The translations under genes and the position numbers were made by a program. A stretch of 64,000 nt of DNA. Origin: Polyangiales bacterium. Its GTDB lineage: Bacteria; Myxococcota_A; Polyangia; Polyangiales; Ga0077539. The notes under the pieces were generated by a model. The model saw only the letters and a program-made list of their open reading frames with translations. It was not told where the DNA came from and made no database searches. Positions 19,738 to 29,356 of this stretch are shown piece after piece; position 1 is the stretch's first letter, and every line of letters begins with the position of its first letter. The DNA is taken from contig JBGARZ010000002.1 in NCBI GenBank assembly GCA_044229975.1, forward strand, positions 320,001-384,000, in the 5' to 3' direction.

Positions 19738-20106
19738 CTAGCGGACCCAGCGGCGGATGGCCGCCTCGCTGTCGCCGGGCGTGGTGTTGAAGCAGATGCG
19801 CGCCCGCGGTGCGTGCTCGTGCACCGCGTTGATGAGCGTCTCGAACAGCGTCAGCATCGGCGGCGCCGCGCGCACTCCGGCGCCGATGAGCACCACGTCG
19901 TAGTCCTTCGCGGCGATCGCTGCGATGGTAACGGCGGCGGCCGTCTCGCCCCGGTCGATGCCAACGAAGTCCGCGTCGAAGCCCGCGGCGCGGAGCCGCG
20001 CCACCTGCTCACCGAGCTGTGCGGTGAGCTTCTCCTCGGTGAGGTCGGGAAGCGCGGTGAAGTCGACGAAGCGGGGTTCGAGTCCCAGGTAGAGAACGGC
20101 GGTCAT
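19738..20106 (-). CDS. Conserved-looking hypothetical protein (alpha/beta, 122 aa)
   Basis: YDVVLIGAGVR...LFETLINAVHEHAPRARICFNT; good codon bias. Confidence 0.78.
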   Translation of the reverse strand: MTAVLYLGLEPRFVDFTALPDLTEEKLTAQLGEQVARLRAAGFDADFVGIDRGETAAAVTIAAIAAKDYDVVLIGAGVRAAPPMLTLFETLINAVHEHAPRARICFNTTPGDSEAAIRRWVR

Positions 20107-20186
20107 GGTGGGGGCGACGGTACCATCGCCGGGGGCGACCCCGTCGGCTTGCACAGCGCCCCGGGTCCGTCGGTGCAGACGCTCGG

Positions 20187-20790
20187 TCACGCAGGGTGTT
20201 GGCGCGCGGTCACCAGGTTCGGATCAAGAGCCCGCACGTTCTCGGGGCCGAAGCCGCGGGCGCCCGCCTCGATCCAATGGTCGTGGTCGTAGCGCTTGCT
20301 CGTGCGCTGGACGTGGGCCACGAGCCGACTAAGCAGCTCGACGGGCCACAGCGGCGCCTTGAGCGCGAGCAGGTTGCCATCGACGGCCTCGCCGGGGAGG
20401 ACCTGGACCTTCATCGTGAGCTCGATCCCGAAGCCACTGGTGGTCGGAAGGGGCGACGCCTTGGGTCCCATCTCGGTGAGTCCCCAACCGACGTAGTGGA
20501 GATAGGAGCCCCGCGTCGTCGATCCGATACACCCGCACGAGGGCGAGCGGCGACGGCGGCGGCCGCGACCAGGCGAGCGGCGCCTGGTCTCCGAACACCC
20601 CCGAGAGGGCTTCCTGGATCGACCCAAACACCGCCAACACCTCCGGGTCGTCGAGCTGACCGGTCAGCTCCACCGCCACGCGCATCGCCGCGGCGAGCGG
20701 CGGCATCGGCTCCCAGGTGGATTCCCACGTCGGTTGGAACGGCGGCGTCGAGACTTCGGGCGTAGGCGGCGAGCGGCGGAACCAACCCAC
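20187..20790 (-). pseudogene. Suppressor-of-fused (SuFu) domain gene, frameshifted and truncated
   Basis: Frame A (GTG 20790) ...VRVYRIDDAG joins frame B SYLHYVGWGLTEMG...SGFGIELTMK...PLWPVELL if one G is removed from the run at 20509-20512. Confidence 0.72.
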
Positions 20791-20801
20791 GCGTGAGCCC
20801 C

Positions 20802-21833
20802 TCAGCTCTCGCGCAGGAAGCGCTCCGCGGCGGCCACGTCGTCGCGGCTCCCGATGTACAGCGGCACCCGCTGGTGCAGCGACTTCGGCATCACGTCCTG
20901 GATGCGCCCGCGTCCGTCCGACGCCGCGCCGCCCGCGGCCTCGCACAGCATCGCCATCGGCGCCGCCTCGTAGAGCAGCCGCAGCTTCCCCTGGGCGTTC
21001 TTCTTGTCGGCGGGGTAGGCGAACACCCCGCCCTTGAGCAGCGTGCGATGGAAATCGGCCACCAGCGAGCCGACGTATCGCGCGGAGTACGGCGAGCCCA
21101 TCTTGCCGTCGGCGCCCGCCTTCGGGGTCTTCATGTCCTCGACCCAGCGGCGCACGCCATCCGACCAGAGGTGCGTGTTGCCCTCGTTGACCGAGTAGAT
21201 CTTGCCCTTCGTCGGGATGCGGATGTTCTCGTGCGAGAGGAAGAACTCGCCCACCGCGGGGTCGAGCGTGAAGCCGTGGACGCCGTTGCCCGCGGTGTAC
21301 ACGAGCACCGTGCTCGACCCGTAGATGACGTAGCCCGCGGCGACCTGGGCGGCGCCACGTTGGAGACAGTCGGCCTCGGTGCCGTGGCGGCCGACGGTGA
21401 TGCGCCGGTGGATCGAGAAGATGGTGCCGATGTTGATGTCGACGTCGATGTTGGAGCTGCCGTCGAGCGGGTCGAACATCAGCACGTACTTCCCCGTCTG
21501 GAACTGCTCGGGGATGCGGACGATGCCCTCGTTTTCCTCGCTCGCCATCACGCAGAGATGGCCGCCCGCCTCGACCGAGCGGATGAGGACGTTGTTGGCG
21601 AACTCGTCGAGCTTCTGGACCTCCTCGCCCTGGACGTTCTTCTCGCCGGTGAGGCCGAGGATGCCCGCGAGGCCCGCCGAGCGGACGCGCGAGTTGATGA
21701 CCTTCGCCGCGAGCGCGATCTGCTGGAAGAGCCCCGTGAAGTCACCGGTCGCGCCGGGGACCGAGAGCTGCTCCTCCAGGATGTGCCGCTCCAACGTGAC
21801 GCCCTGCGCCGAGAGTGCCGAACCCGAGTACAT
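20802..21833 (-). CDS. fbp: Class 1 fructose-1,6-bisphosphatase
   Basis: NVQGEEVQKLD, SEE, FDPLDGSSN, RYVGSLVAD, GKLRLLYE. Confidence 0.97.
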   Translation of the reverse strand: MYSGSALSAQGVTLERHILEEQLSVPGATGDFTGLFQQIALAAKVINSRVRSAGLAGILGLTGEKNVQGEEVQKLDEFANNVLIRSVEAGGHLCVMASEENEGIVRIPEQFQTGKYVLMFDPLDGSSNIDVDINIGTIFSIHRRITVGRHGTEADCLQRGAAQVAAGYVIYGSSTVLVYTAGNGVHGFTLDPAVGEFFLSHENIRIPTKGKIYSVNEGNTHLWSDGVRRWVEDMKTPKAGADGKMGSPYSARYVGSLVADFHRTLLKGGVFAYPADKKNAQGKLRLLYEAAPMAMLCEAAGGAASDGRGRIQDVMPKSLHQRVPLYIGSRDDVAAAERFLRES

Positions 21834-21909
21834 CGCTCTGTATTCTCCGTGAAGGTCTGAAGGGAAGTGCCGCCGCCGCGCCGGTTCTGGCACAGGGGCG
21901 GCGGGTTCA

Positions 21910-22743
21910 TCAATGGGGGTCGGGCGGGCCTTCCGCCAGGGCCCGCGCGGCGGCGATCGTCTCCGGGCTCACCCGCGCGTCGGACTCCAGCGGAACCAGC
22001 ACCCGCGCGAGCACCGCCCGGTAGAGCGAATGCACCGTCGGGTCGTCGGCCATGGCGCCGAGGTGCCGCGCGAGGGTCTCCACGTCATTGCGGAGCAGCG
22101 GCGAGGCCAGCGACGCGTCGGCCCCGAGGTGACGGATGTTGCGCGCGACACTCACCAGCAGCGACGCGATGGCCGCCCGGAGGTCGTCCTCGGTGGGCGC
22201 TGGCGAGACGGCTGTACCGAGCAGCCACGAAGCGCCCTGGGCGATGGCCACCGCACCCGACGCCACCATCGCAGCGCCCGCGTGATAGCGAGCGCGATCG
22301 ACCCCGTCGGCGACGATGAGGTGACCGCCCGCGAGCGCAGTGATGGTGCGCGCGGCCTCGATCGCCGCGGGGTCGCCCTCCACCATGAACGCCGCCCCCC
22401 CGAGGTCACCCGGCGGGTCGAGCGTGGCGATGGCGGCGAGCGGGTGCATCGCACCAACGGCGACCCCGGATGCGCGCGCGTCGGCGAGCACCTCCAGGCC
22501 GCGCGCACCGGCGAGGTGCAGCACCACGTCCCCTGCTCGAAGGTTCGGGACGAGGCTTCGGGTCACCGCGGCGATCACGCCGTCACTGACGGCGAGCACC
22601 CACAGCGTCGCGGCGTCGGTCGCACGAACGATCGGAGCGCCGCGTGCCGCCGAGGTGATCACGGCCTGGCCGTGGGCTTGTGCGAGCGCGACGAAGGCCC
22701 GGCCCATGCGCCCGCGGCCGACGACCTGCCACGGCGCCGTCAT
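21910..22743 (-). CDS. Rossmann-like/DUF2520-type oxidoreductase (PanG-like)
   Basis: GRGRMG, LAVSD, HLAGA, MHPL, RYHAGA; ATGA-coupled to nadD. Confidence 0.82.
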   Translation of the reverse strand: MTAPWQVVGRGRMGRAFVALAQAHGQAVITSAARGAPIVRATDAATLWVLAVSDGVIAAVTRSLVPNLRAGDVVLHLAGARGLEVLADARASGVAVGAMHPLAAIATLDPPGDLGGAAFMVEGDPAAIEAARTITALAGGHLIVADGVDRARYHAGAAMVASGAVAIAQGASWLLGTAVSPAPTEDDLRAAIASLLVSVARNIRHLGADASLASPLLRNDVETLARHLGAMADDPTVHSLYRAVLARVLVPLESDARVSPETIAAARALAEGPPDPH

Positions 22744-23288
22744 GGTTGGCCGTAGATGCCGTTGGCGCGGGCGTACGCGATGACGTCGCGCGGGACGAGG
22801 TCGTCGACGGGCTCGCCCGCGGCGAAGCGGGCGCGCACCTCGGTCGAGGAGATCTGCGGCACCACCGCGGGCGGCGCGTCGGGCGCGGGATGACCCAGGC
22901 GACCGAGCACCAGCGGCGGGGCGAGCGCGATGACCTCCGACCACGCGAACCAGCGATCGGTCTCGCCGAGGATGTCGGCGCCGATGACGAGCCGGAGCGA
23001 CCAGTCGGGGTGCGCCGCCTTGAGGGCTTGCAGGGTGTAGAGCGTGCGGGAGGTCTCGCCCATGTCCTGCTCGATGGAGGAGATCTCGACGTCGCGCAGG
23101 TGGGCGAAGGCCCGCTCACACATGGCGCGGCGATGGACGAAGGGCGCGAGCTCCTTGCCGAGTGGGTGGTCGAAGCAGGGGACGACGAGCACGCGGTCGA
23201 CGGGCTGCGTCGCGAGCACGTATGACACCGCGAGCACATGGGAGATGTGGGGCGGGTTGAAGCTGCCGCCGTAGAAGCCGACGTTCAT
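22740..23288 (-). CDS. nadD: Nicotinate-nucleotide adenylyltransferase
   Basis: GGSFNPPHISH, IGAD, ISSTEVR. Confidence 0.93.
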   Translation of the reverse strand: MNVGFYGGSFNPPHISHVLAVSYVLATQPVDRVLVVPCFDHPLGKELAPFVHRRAMCERAFAHLRDVEISSIEQDMGETSRTLYTLQALKAAHPDWSLRLVIGADILGETDRWFAWSEVIALAPPLVLGRLGHPAPDAPPAVVPQISSTEVRARFAAGEPVDDLVPRDVIAYARANGIYGQP

Positions 23289-23380
23289 GGGCCGCCGACA
23301 GTACGGCCGAACGCTTCCGATGCGCGACCGCGTGATAGAAAGCCGACCTCACTCACCGCACCCATTCCTCAGGAGTCCAC

Positions 23381-24766
23381 ATGACCGGTCGCTGCACGAT
23401 CGTCCTGGCCGCGGGCCAGGGCACCCGCATGAAGAGCTCGTTGCCCAAGGTGCTGCACCCGGTGGCAGGCGTGGCGATGGTTCACTGGTCGGTCGAGGCT
23501 GCGCTCGCCGCGGGCTCGGACACCGTCGTCCTCGTGGTGGGCCACGGGCGCGAGGCCGTCACCGCCGCCGTCACCGCGCGCTTCGGCGACCGCGTGCGCT
23601 TCGCCGTGCAGACCGAGCAGCGCGGCACCGCCGACGCCGTGCGCGCGGGCATGACCGAGGTCCCCGCCGACGCGACCGAGGTGCTCATCACGTACGGGGA
23701 CGTTCCGTGTGTCCCGGCCGAGGCGCTCAAGAAGCTCATCGAGGCGCGCAGCGGATCGCCCCTCGCGATGATCACCACCGAGGTCGCCGACCCCACCGGC
23801 TACGGTCGCATCCTGCGTGACGCCGCGGGTCGTATCCGCGCCATCCGCGAGCACAAGGACTGCTCCGCCGACGAGCGCGCCGTGCGCTGCGTCAACCCCG
23901 GCCTCTACGTCGCCGACCGCGCCTTCCTGGCGGCCTCGCTCGGTCGCATCGGCTCGACCAACGCGCAGGGCGAGTTCTACCTGACCGACCTCGTGGAGAT
24001 CGCCGCGGGCGAAGGCGGCGTGGGCGAGCTCTCGTGGGAGCCCATCGCGCTCCGCGGCGTCAACGATCGCGCCGAGCTCGCGGCCACCGAGGCGTACCTC
24101 TGGCAGCGCATCGCGGACGGCCATCGCCGCGCCGGGAGCAGCGTGGCGCAGGGCGTGTTCATCGACCGCGACGTGACCATCGAGCCCGGCGCCACCATCG
24201 GTCCGTGCGTCGTCATGCGCGGCAAGACCACCGTCGGGTCGGGCACCACCGTCGACGTCGGCTGCGTGCTCGACGACGCGAGCATCGGCCGCGACGTGCT
24301 GCTCAAGCCGTACACGCTGGTCACGCGCTGCGAGGTGCACGAGGGCGCGCAGCTCGGGCCGTTTGCGCACCTCCGACCCGACAGCGTGGTGGAGGCCGGC
24401 GCGCACGTCGGCAACTTCGTCGAGCTGAAGAAGACCCGCCTGGGCAAGGGCGCCAAGGCCAACCACCTCGCGTACCTCGGTGATGGCGTCGTGGGCCCGA
24501 AGGCCAACATCGGCGCGGGCACCATCTTCTGCAACTACGACGGCTTCCGGAAGCACACGACGACCATCGAGGAGGGGGCCTTCGTCGGCTCCAACAGCTC
24601 CATCGTCGCGCCGGTCACCATCGGCAAGAACGCCTACGTAGGCTCCGGGTCGGTGGTGACGAGGGACGTCCCCGAAGACGCGCTCGCCGTCGGGCGCGCC
24701 AAGCAGGAGAACAAGGACGGCTACGGCAAGCGGCTGCGCGAGCGCTTCGGCGCCGCCAAGCGCTGA
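23381..24766 (+). CDS. glmU: Bifunctional UDP-GlcNAc pyrophosphorylase/glucosamine-1-P acetyltransferase
   Basis: LAAGQGTRMKS, GYGRI, NAQGEFYLTD, GNFVELK, CNYDG; AGGAG RBS. Confidence 0.97.
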   Translation: MTGRCTIVLAAGQGTRMKSSLPKVLHPVAGVAMVHWSVEAALAAGSDTVVLVVGHGREAVTAAVTARFGDRVRFAVQTEQRGTADAVRAGMTEVPADATEVLITYGDVPCVPAEALKKLIEARSGSPLAMITTEVADPTGYGRILRDAAGRIRAIREHKDCSADERAVRCVNPGLYVADRAFLAASLGRIGSTNAQGEFYLTDLVEIAAGEGGVGELSWEPIALRGVNDRAELAATEAYLWQRIADGHRRAGSSVAQGVFIDRDVTIEPGATIGPCVVMRGKTTVGSGTTVDVGCVLDDASIGRDVLLKPYTLVTRCEVHEGAQLGPFAHLRPDSVVEAGAHVGNFVELKKTRLGKGAKANHLAYLGDGVVGPKANIGAGTIFCNYDGFRKHTTTIEEGAFVGSNSSIVAPVTIGKNAYVGSGSVVTRDVPEDALAVGRAKQENKDGYGKRLRERFGAAKR

Positions 24767-26313
24767 CGTCGCGCCACCAACGCCAGCAACACGCCCGCGA
24801 GCAACACGCCGCGAGCGTCTCCCGACCGCGCTCCACCCACCCGACATCCGCAGCCCTCCGTCGTTCGCCCGAAGGTGCGCGTCCCCGCGTCCGTCCCGGC
24901 GTCGATCCCCTCGCCCGCGTCGGGCGGATCGACCCCCACGTCCCTGGCAAACGATCCGACGTCACCGAGCGCTGGCGCATCGCGCGCGACGCCCCCGTCG
25001 GGCACCGGGATCACCACGCAACGACCGCTCTCGCAGCGCTCGCCGCCGGGACACCGCGCGCCCTCGCACGCGTCGACGCAGCGGCCGTCCACGCAGCTCG
25101 TCCCGCTCGCGCAGGTGACCGTCGCGCACGCCATCGCGCGGCAGCGACCATCGGTCCCGCACGCCTGCCCCGCGCCGCACCGTCGGCACTCGCAGCGCGG
25201 AACGCACAGCCCCTCGACGCACACCTGATCGCTGTCGCAGGTCACGCCCTCGCACGCATCGACGCACCGGCCCGCGCGGCACGCGAGGCCCGCCGGGCAC
25301 ACGATGCCGTCGCACGCCCCGACGCAGCGCCCGTCTTCGCAGCGCTCTCCCACGTCGCAGCTCGTGGTCTCGCAGGCCGCCTCGACGCAGGTTCCGCGCG
25401 TGGTGCAGCGCAGCCCGGGGAAGCACCCGAGCTCGCTCAGGCAGCGGTCGACGCAGCGCCCGCGGTCGCACACCTGCATCGTTCCGCAGAGCCCGTCGCC
25501 GTCGTCGACCTCGCCGTCGCAGTCGTTGTCGACGCCGTCGCAGCGCTCGGCCGACGCCGTCACCGCAGGAACACATACGAGTGAGCCCGCGCGGCACTGC
25601 AACGTCCCCGCGCCGCACGCGCCGTTCATGGACGTGTCGCAGCTCCCGCCGCTGCCGGTGCAGACGATCTCGTCGACGAGCGCGATGAAGTCCGTGAAGT
25701 TGTTGTCGCCGCCCGAGAAGAGGTCCTCCCAGGTGAAGTAGAAGGCGCGCGCGGTGACCCGGGAGTCGTAGGTCAGCAGGTGGATGTACGAGTCGGCCCC
25801 GACGTTGTCCTCGTTGTACGCGCGCTCCGAAAAGAACGAGTGCCCGCCCCGCGACAGCGACGCGCAGCAGTCGCCCGAACAGGTTCCCGACGAGCCGTCT
25901 TCGGGGGTTCGGAGGAAGAAGCCGATCTCGCCGCCGAGGTACGCGGGGTTGGTGCGGAGGTTGAGCGTGAAGCGCTCGTTGGCCATCGCCCCGCACGGGA
26001 TGAGCACCTGAAGATCGCGCGGCGGGTTGTCGCGCGAGGGCGTGACGCCGGGCCGGACGTTGTACCAGCCGAAGACATTGCGAAAGGCCGCGCTGCCCCG
26101 AGTGATGAGCGTGAACGTGAGGTTGCAGCCGGGCACGAAGCGCTCGGGGACGATGGCCGCGTCCTCGCGCACGCGGATGGCCTCACCGCGGGCGGTGAAG
26201 AGGTCTTGGAGCTGGTTGCCGACCGGGATCTGCGGGCCGCCGCGGGGCTGGTTGATGGCGTGGGCCGACGAGGCGAGGAGCAGGGACGCGAGGAAGAAGA
26301 GCGCGGCGCGCAT
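24721..26313 (-). CDS. Exported DUF4114-like domain protein with Cys-rich repeats and MYXO-CTERM-type anchor
   Basis: Signal peptide; NVFGWYN...WEDLFSGGDNNFTD; ERCDGVDNDCDGEVDD metal-binding motif; many CxxGRCVDAC repeats; GCGC + TM + Arg cluster at C-terminus. Confidence 0.85.
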   Translation of the reverse strand: MRAALFFLASLLLASSAHAINQPRGGPQIPVGNQLQDLFTARGEAIRVREDAAIVPERFVPGCNLTFTLITRGSAAFRNVFGWYNVRPGVTPSRDNPPRDLQVLIPCGAMANERFTLNLRTNPAYLGGEIGFFLRTPEDGSSGTCSGDCCASLSRGGHSFFSERAYNEDNVGADSYIHLLTYDSRVTARAFYFTWEDLFSGGDNNFTDFIALVDEIVCTGSGGSCDTSMNGACGAGTLQCRAGSLVCVPAVTASAERCDGVDNDCDGEVDDGDGLCGTMQVCDRGRCVDRCLSELGCFPGLRCTTRGTCVEAACETTSCDVGERCEDGRCVGACDGIVCPAGLACRAGRCVDACEGVTCDSDQVCVEGLCVPRCECRRCGAGQACGTDGRCRAMACATVTCASGTSCVDGRCVDACEGARCPGGERCESGRCVVIPVPDGGVARDAPALGDVGSFARDVGVDPPDAGEGIDAGTDAGTRTFGRTTEGCGCRVGGARSGDARGVLLAGVLLALVARRQRLAAPKRSRSRLP

Positions 26314-26363
26314 GAGGGCCTCCCGGATGACTGACCGTGGGAGGTTGTACCGCGGAAGGGGAA

Positions 26364-26723
26364 TCAGGCGGCGGCAGCGCGCCCGCCGACGAGGCGCTTG
26401 AGCGCGACGACCATGGCCGGGTCGCGGCGCTCGGGCATGCGGGTGAGGCGGTCGTGCGTGATGGCGAGCTGCTCCATGACGGCCTGCGCCTTCGGGTCGC
26501 GGCGCGCTGGCACATCCAGCGACACGACCCACGCCACCAGTGCCATGGCACCGGCGTAGGCACCGTCACGGTCGGGGCGGCAGCTCGCGCGCGTGACCCA
26601 GTAGCGCTCGTCACCGCTGGCAGACTCGCGCCACATCTCCAGCGAGGCGCGGCCCCCGCTGTCCGACGGCGCCCACGTGAACAGGTACCCGGCGGCGCGG
26701 AAGGAGCGTTCGGTCTGATTCAT
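26364..26723 (-). CDS. Hypothetical protein (119 aa)
   Basis: ATG after GAGG; sigma54-type promoter upstream. Confidence 0.68.
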   Translation of the reverse strand: MNQTERSFRAAGYLFTWAPSDSGGRASLEMWRESASGDERYWVTRASCRPDRDGAYAGAMALVAWVVSLDVPARRDPKAQAVMEQLAITHDRLTRMPERRDPAMVVALKRLVGGRAAAA

Positions 26724-26783
26724 CGGCTGACCTCGCGTGGTGGAAGATGGTCTGGAACGTTTGGAGCTCTGGGCGAACACCAC

Positions 26784-26799
26784 AGCAAGGCGCAGGCCA
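26784..26799 (-). promoter_or_regulatory. Putative sigma54 (-24/-12) promoter
   Basis: Minus strand TGGCCTG-CGCC-TTGCT; exact GG-N10-GC spacing; 60 nt above ATG 26723. Confidence 0.65.
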
Positions 26800-27053
26800 C
26801 GAGCGGCAGCGAGGCAAGCGACCGTAAGCACTTATGAAAGTGACGATGGGAGTCGTCGAGAATTGCCGCGTGGGCCGCTTGTCGTCGCAGGCGCCATGGG
26901 GTGAGGCGATCGGTCACGCGTGCGGCACACGTGAACATCACTGCCCACATGCAGCGTTTGCAAGACGAGACGTTCAAGGTTGCAACCGTTGCGGGGCGAC
27001 CGCGTCGGGAGCGTTTGACGGGAGCACCCGGCGCGGTGCAACGCTCGCCCTCG

Positions 27054-28283
27054 ATGCGAAGGCTGGGCCTCGTCCTTGGACTGCTGCTGGGCTGTGAGCA
27101 GGCGGCCATCGGTCCGACGGTGGCGATCGATGCGGCGACCGACCTCGGCGTGCTCGTCGACGTCGCGACCAGCGTCGACCGTCCATCGGTGGCGGTCGAT
27201 GCGGGCGTCGCGGTCGATCGCCCGACCAGCGATGCCAGCGCTCGGCTCACCACGCTGCGGGTCCACTACCCCGCGGGCGCCCGTTCGCTCAGCCTGCGCG
27301 GCGACCTCACGGGCCTGTCATGGGACCGCGGTGTGCCGCTCACCCGCCTCGATGGCGACGTCTGGCAATGGACCTCCGGCGACGTCGCGCGCCCCTTCGA
27401 GTGGAAAGCCCTCCTCGATGATCGGGAGTGGTCCATCGGCATCAACTACCGCGCGACACCCGGTGCCACCTTGGACATCTATCCCCGCTTCATGGCCCGC
27501 TCGGGCCGCTGGTCGCGCTCGGTCGCGCGCTTCCACTCCAACCTCCTCAACAACGATCGCGGGCTCTGGGTCTACCTGCCGCCCAGCTACGACGAAAACC
27601 CCTTGGCCCGCTTCCCCGTCGTCTACATGCACGACGGTCAAAACCTCTTCGACCCCTCCGCGGCCTTCGGTGGTCAGGCCTGGAACACCCAGGACGCCCT
27701 CAACGTCGGCGCCGAGAGCGGCGCCATCCGCGAGGCCATCGTCATCGGCGTCGAGAACACCAACGCCCGCATCGACGAGTACACCCCGACGCGCGACGCG
27801 GGTCGCATGGCGGGCGGCCGCGGCGAGCTCTACCTCCGCATGCTCGTCGAGGAGGTGAAGCCCATGGTCGACCGCACCTGGCGCACGCTGCCCGGTCGAG
27901 CGGACACCGTGCTCGTGGGCTCGTCGCTCGGCGGGCTCATCTCGCTCTACGCGGGCGTTCATCGCGGCGAGGTCTTCGGCCACATCGGGGCGCTCTCGCC
28001 GTCGACGTGGTGGGACAACCGGATGATTCTCGGTGAGGTCGCCACGCTCGCGGGTAGCACCTCGCGACCGCTGCGGGTGTACGTCGACAGCGGTGATGCG
28101 GGCTCCAGCAACGACGGCGTGGCGGACACCGCGATGCTGGCCGACGCGCTGCGGACGGCGGGCTACCGCGACGGCGTCGACCTGCGCTACCTGGTGCAGC
28201 GCGGGGCCGAGCACAACGAGTCGTGGTGGGCGCAGCGCCTGCCGGGCGCGCTGGCGTTTCTGCTCGGGCCGCGCGACCCCTAG
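27054..28283 (+). CDS. Lipoprotein esterase (IroE/Fes-like alpha/beta hydrolase) with N-terminal CBM20-like domain
   Basis: LLGC lipobox; VYLPPSY, YMHDGQNLFD, GSSLGG, AEHNE. Confidence 0.88.
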   Translation: MRRLGLVLGLLLGCEQAAIGPTVAIDAATDLGVLVDVATSVDRPSVAVDAGVAVDRPTSDASARLTTLRVHYPAGARSLSLRGDLTGLSWDRGVPLTRLDGDVWQWTSGDVARPFEWKALLDDREWSIGINYRATPGATLDIYPRFMARSGRWSRSVARFHSNLLNNDRGLWVYLPPSYDENPLARFPVVYMHDGQNLFDPSAAFGGQAWNTQDALNVGAESGAIREAIVIGVENTNARIDEYTPTRDAGRMAGGRGELYLRMLVEEVKPMVDRTWRTLPGRADTVLVGSSLGGLISLYAGVHRGEVFGHIGALSPSTWWDNRMILGEVATLAGSTSRPLRVYVDSGDAGSSNDGVADTAMLADALRTAGYRDGVDLRYLVQRGAEHNESWWAQRLPGALAFLLGPRDP

Positions 28284-28293
28284 CGGGCGCTCG

Positions 28294-29316
28294 TCAGGGG
28301 ACGAGGAGGACCTTGCCGACGTTCTTGCGGTCGTGGATGCGCTGGTGCGCCTTGGGCGCCTCGTCGAAGGAGAAGGTCGAGTCGATGACGGGCTTGATCG
28401 CCCCTTCGCGATAGAGCCGGAGGAGCTCGTCGAGCTGCTTCAGGAGGATCGCCGACTCGTTCCAGAGGTGCCCCATGTTGACGCCGAGGATGCCGCGGTT
28501 GTCGTTCATGAGGTTGAGCGGGAAGAGGTCGATGAGGGGCATCTGGAAGAAGCCCTTCACCATCGAGAAGAGGTCGCGCTTGCCGTCGGGCGCGAGCGAC
28601 GCCGCGCCGAAGGAGAAGAGACGACCCGTCGGAGCGAGCACGCGGAAGCTCTTCTTCAGCGAGTCGCCGCCCTGCGCGTCGAGCGCGATCTCCACGCCGC
28701 GCCCGTTGGTGATGCGCTTCACCTCGGTGGAGAAATCCTGCGTGTGATAGTCGATGGCGTGGTCGAGCCCGGCGGCCTTCAGGTACGCGTGCTTCGACGC
28801 AGACGCGGTGCCGATGGTGGTCGCCCCGACGTGCTTGCAGAGCTGGAGCGCGGCGAGGCCGACCCCGCCCGCGGCGGCGTGGATGAGCACGGTGTCGCCC
28901 TTCTTCACGTTGCCCAGGTGCACCAGCATGTGGTGCGCGGTGAAGTAGACGACGGGCAGTCCGGCGCCCTCCTCGAAGGACATCTCCGCGGGCATCTCGA
29001 TGGCGAACTCGTTCTTCGCGCAGACGGTGTCGCTGTATCCGCCGAAGCGCACCGCGGCGAGCACGCGCTGCCCGACGCGCGATGCGTCGACGCCCTCACC
29101 AACGGCGTCGATGATGCCCGCGACCTCGTAGCCCACGACCATCGGAGGCGGCGGCGCGTCGGGGTAGATGCCGATGCGGGCCATGAGGTCGGCGAAGTTG
29201 ATGCCGCTCGCCTTCACGCGAACGCGCACCTCCCCGGCCGCGGGCGTGGGGTCGGGCGCCTCGCGCAAGACGAGAACGTCGGGGTCGCCGTGTCGGGTAA
29301 TCCAGATCTGCTTCAT
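28294..29316 (-). CDS. MDR family NADPH:quinone oxidoreductase (VAT-1-like)
   Basis: GINFADLMARIG, VGYE, HAAAGGVG, KNVGKVLL. Confidence 0.92.
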   Translation of the reverse strand: MKQIWITRHGDPDVLVLREAPDPTPAAGEVRVRVKASGINFADLMARIGIYPDAPPPPMVVGYEVAGIIDAVGEGVDASRVGQRVLAAVRFGGYSDTVCAKNEFAIEMPAEMSFEEGAGLPVVYFTAHHMLVHLGNVKKGDTVLIHAAAGGVGLAALQLCKHVGATTIGTASASKHAYLKAAGLDHAIDYHTQDFSTEVKRITNGRGVEIALDAQGGDSLKKSFRVLAPTGRLFSFGAASLAPDGKRDLFSMVKGFFQMPLIDLFPLNLMNDNRGILGVNMGHLWNESAILLKQLDELLRLYREGAIKPVIDSTFSFDEAPKAHQRIHDRKNVGKVLLVP

Positions 29317-29356
29317 GGCGGGCGCAGCGCTACCACGCGCCCGGGCGGGGTGTCGA

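Noticed and set aside
20108..20155. GGGGGCGAC direct repeat and small hairpin as mobile-element end
   Set aside because: Short, GC-rich, no partner end or transposase
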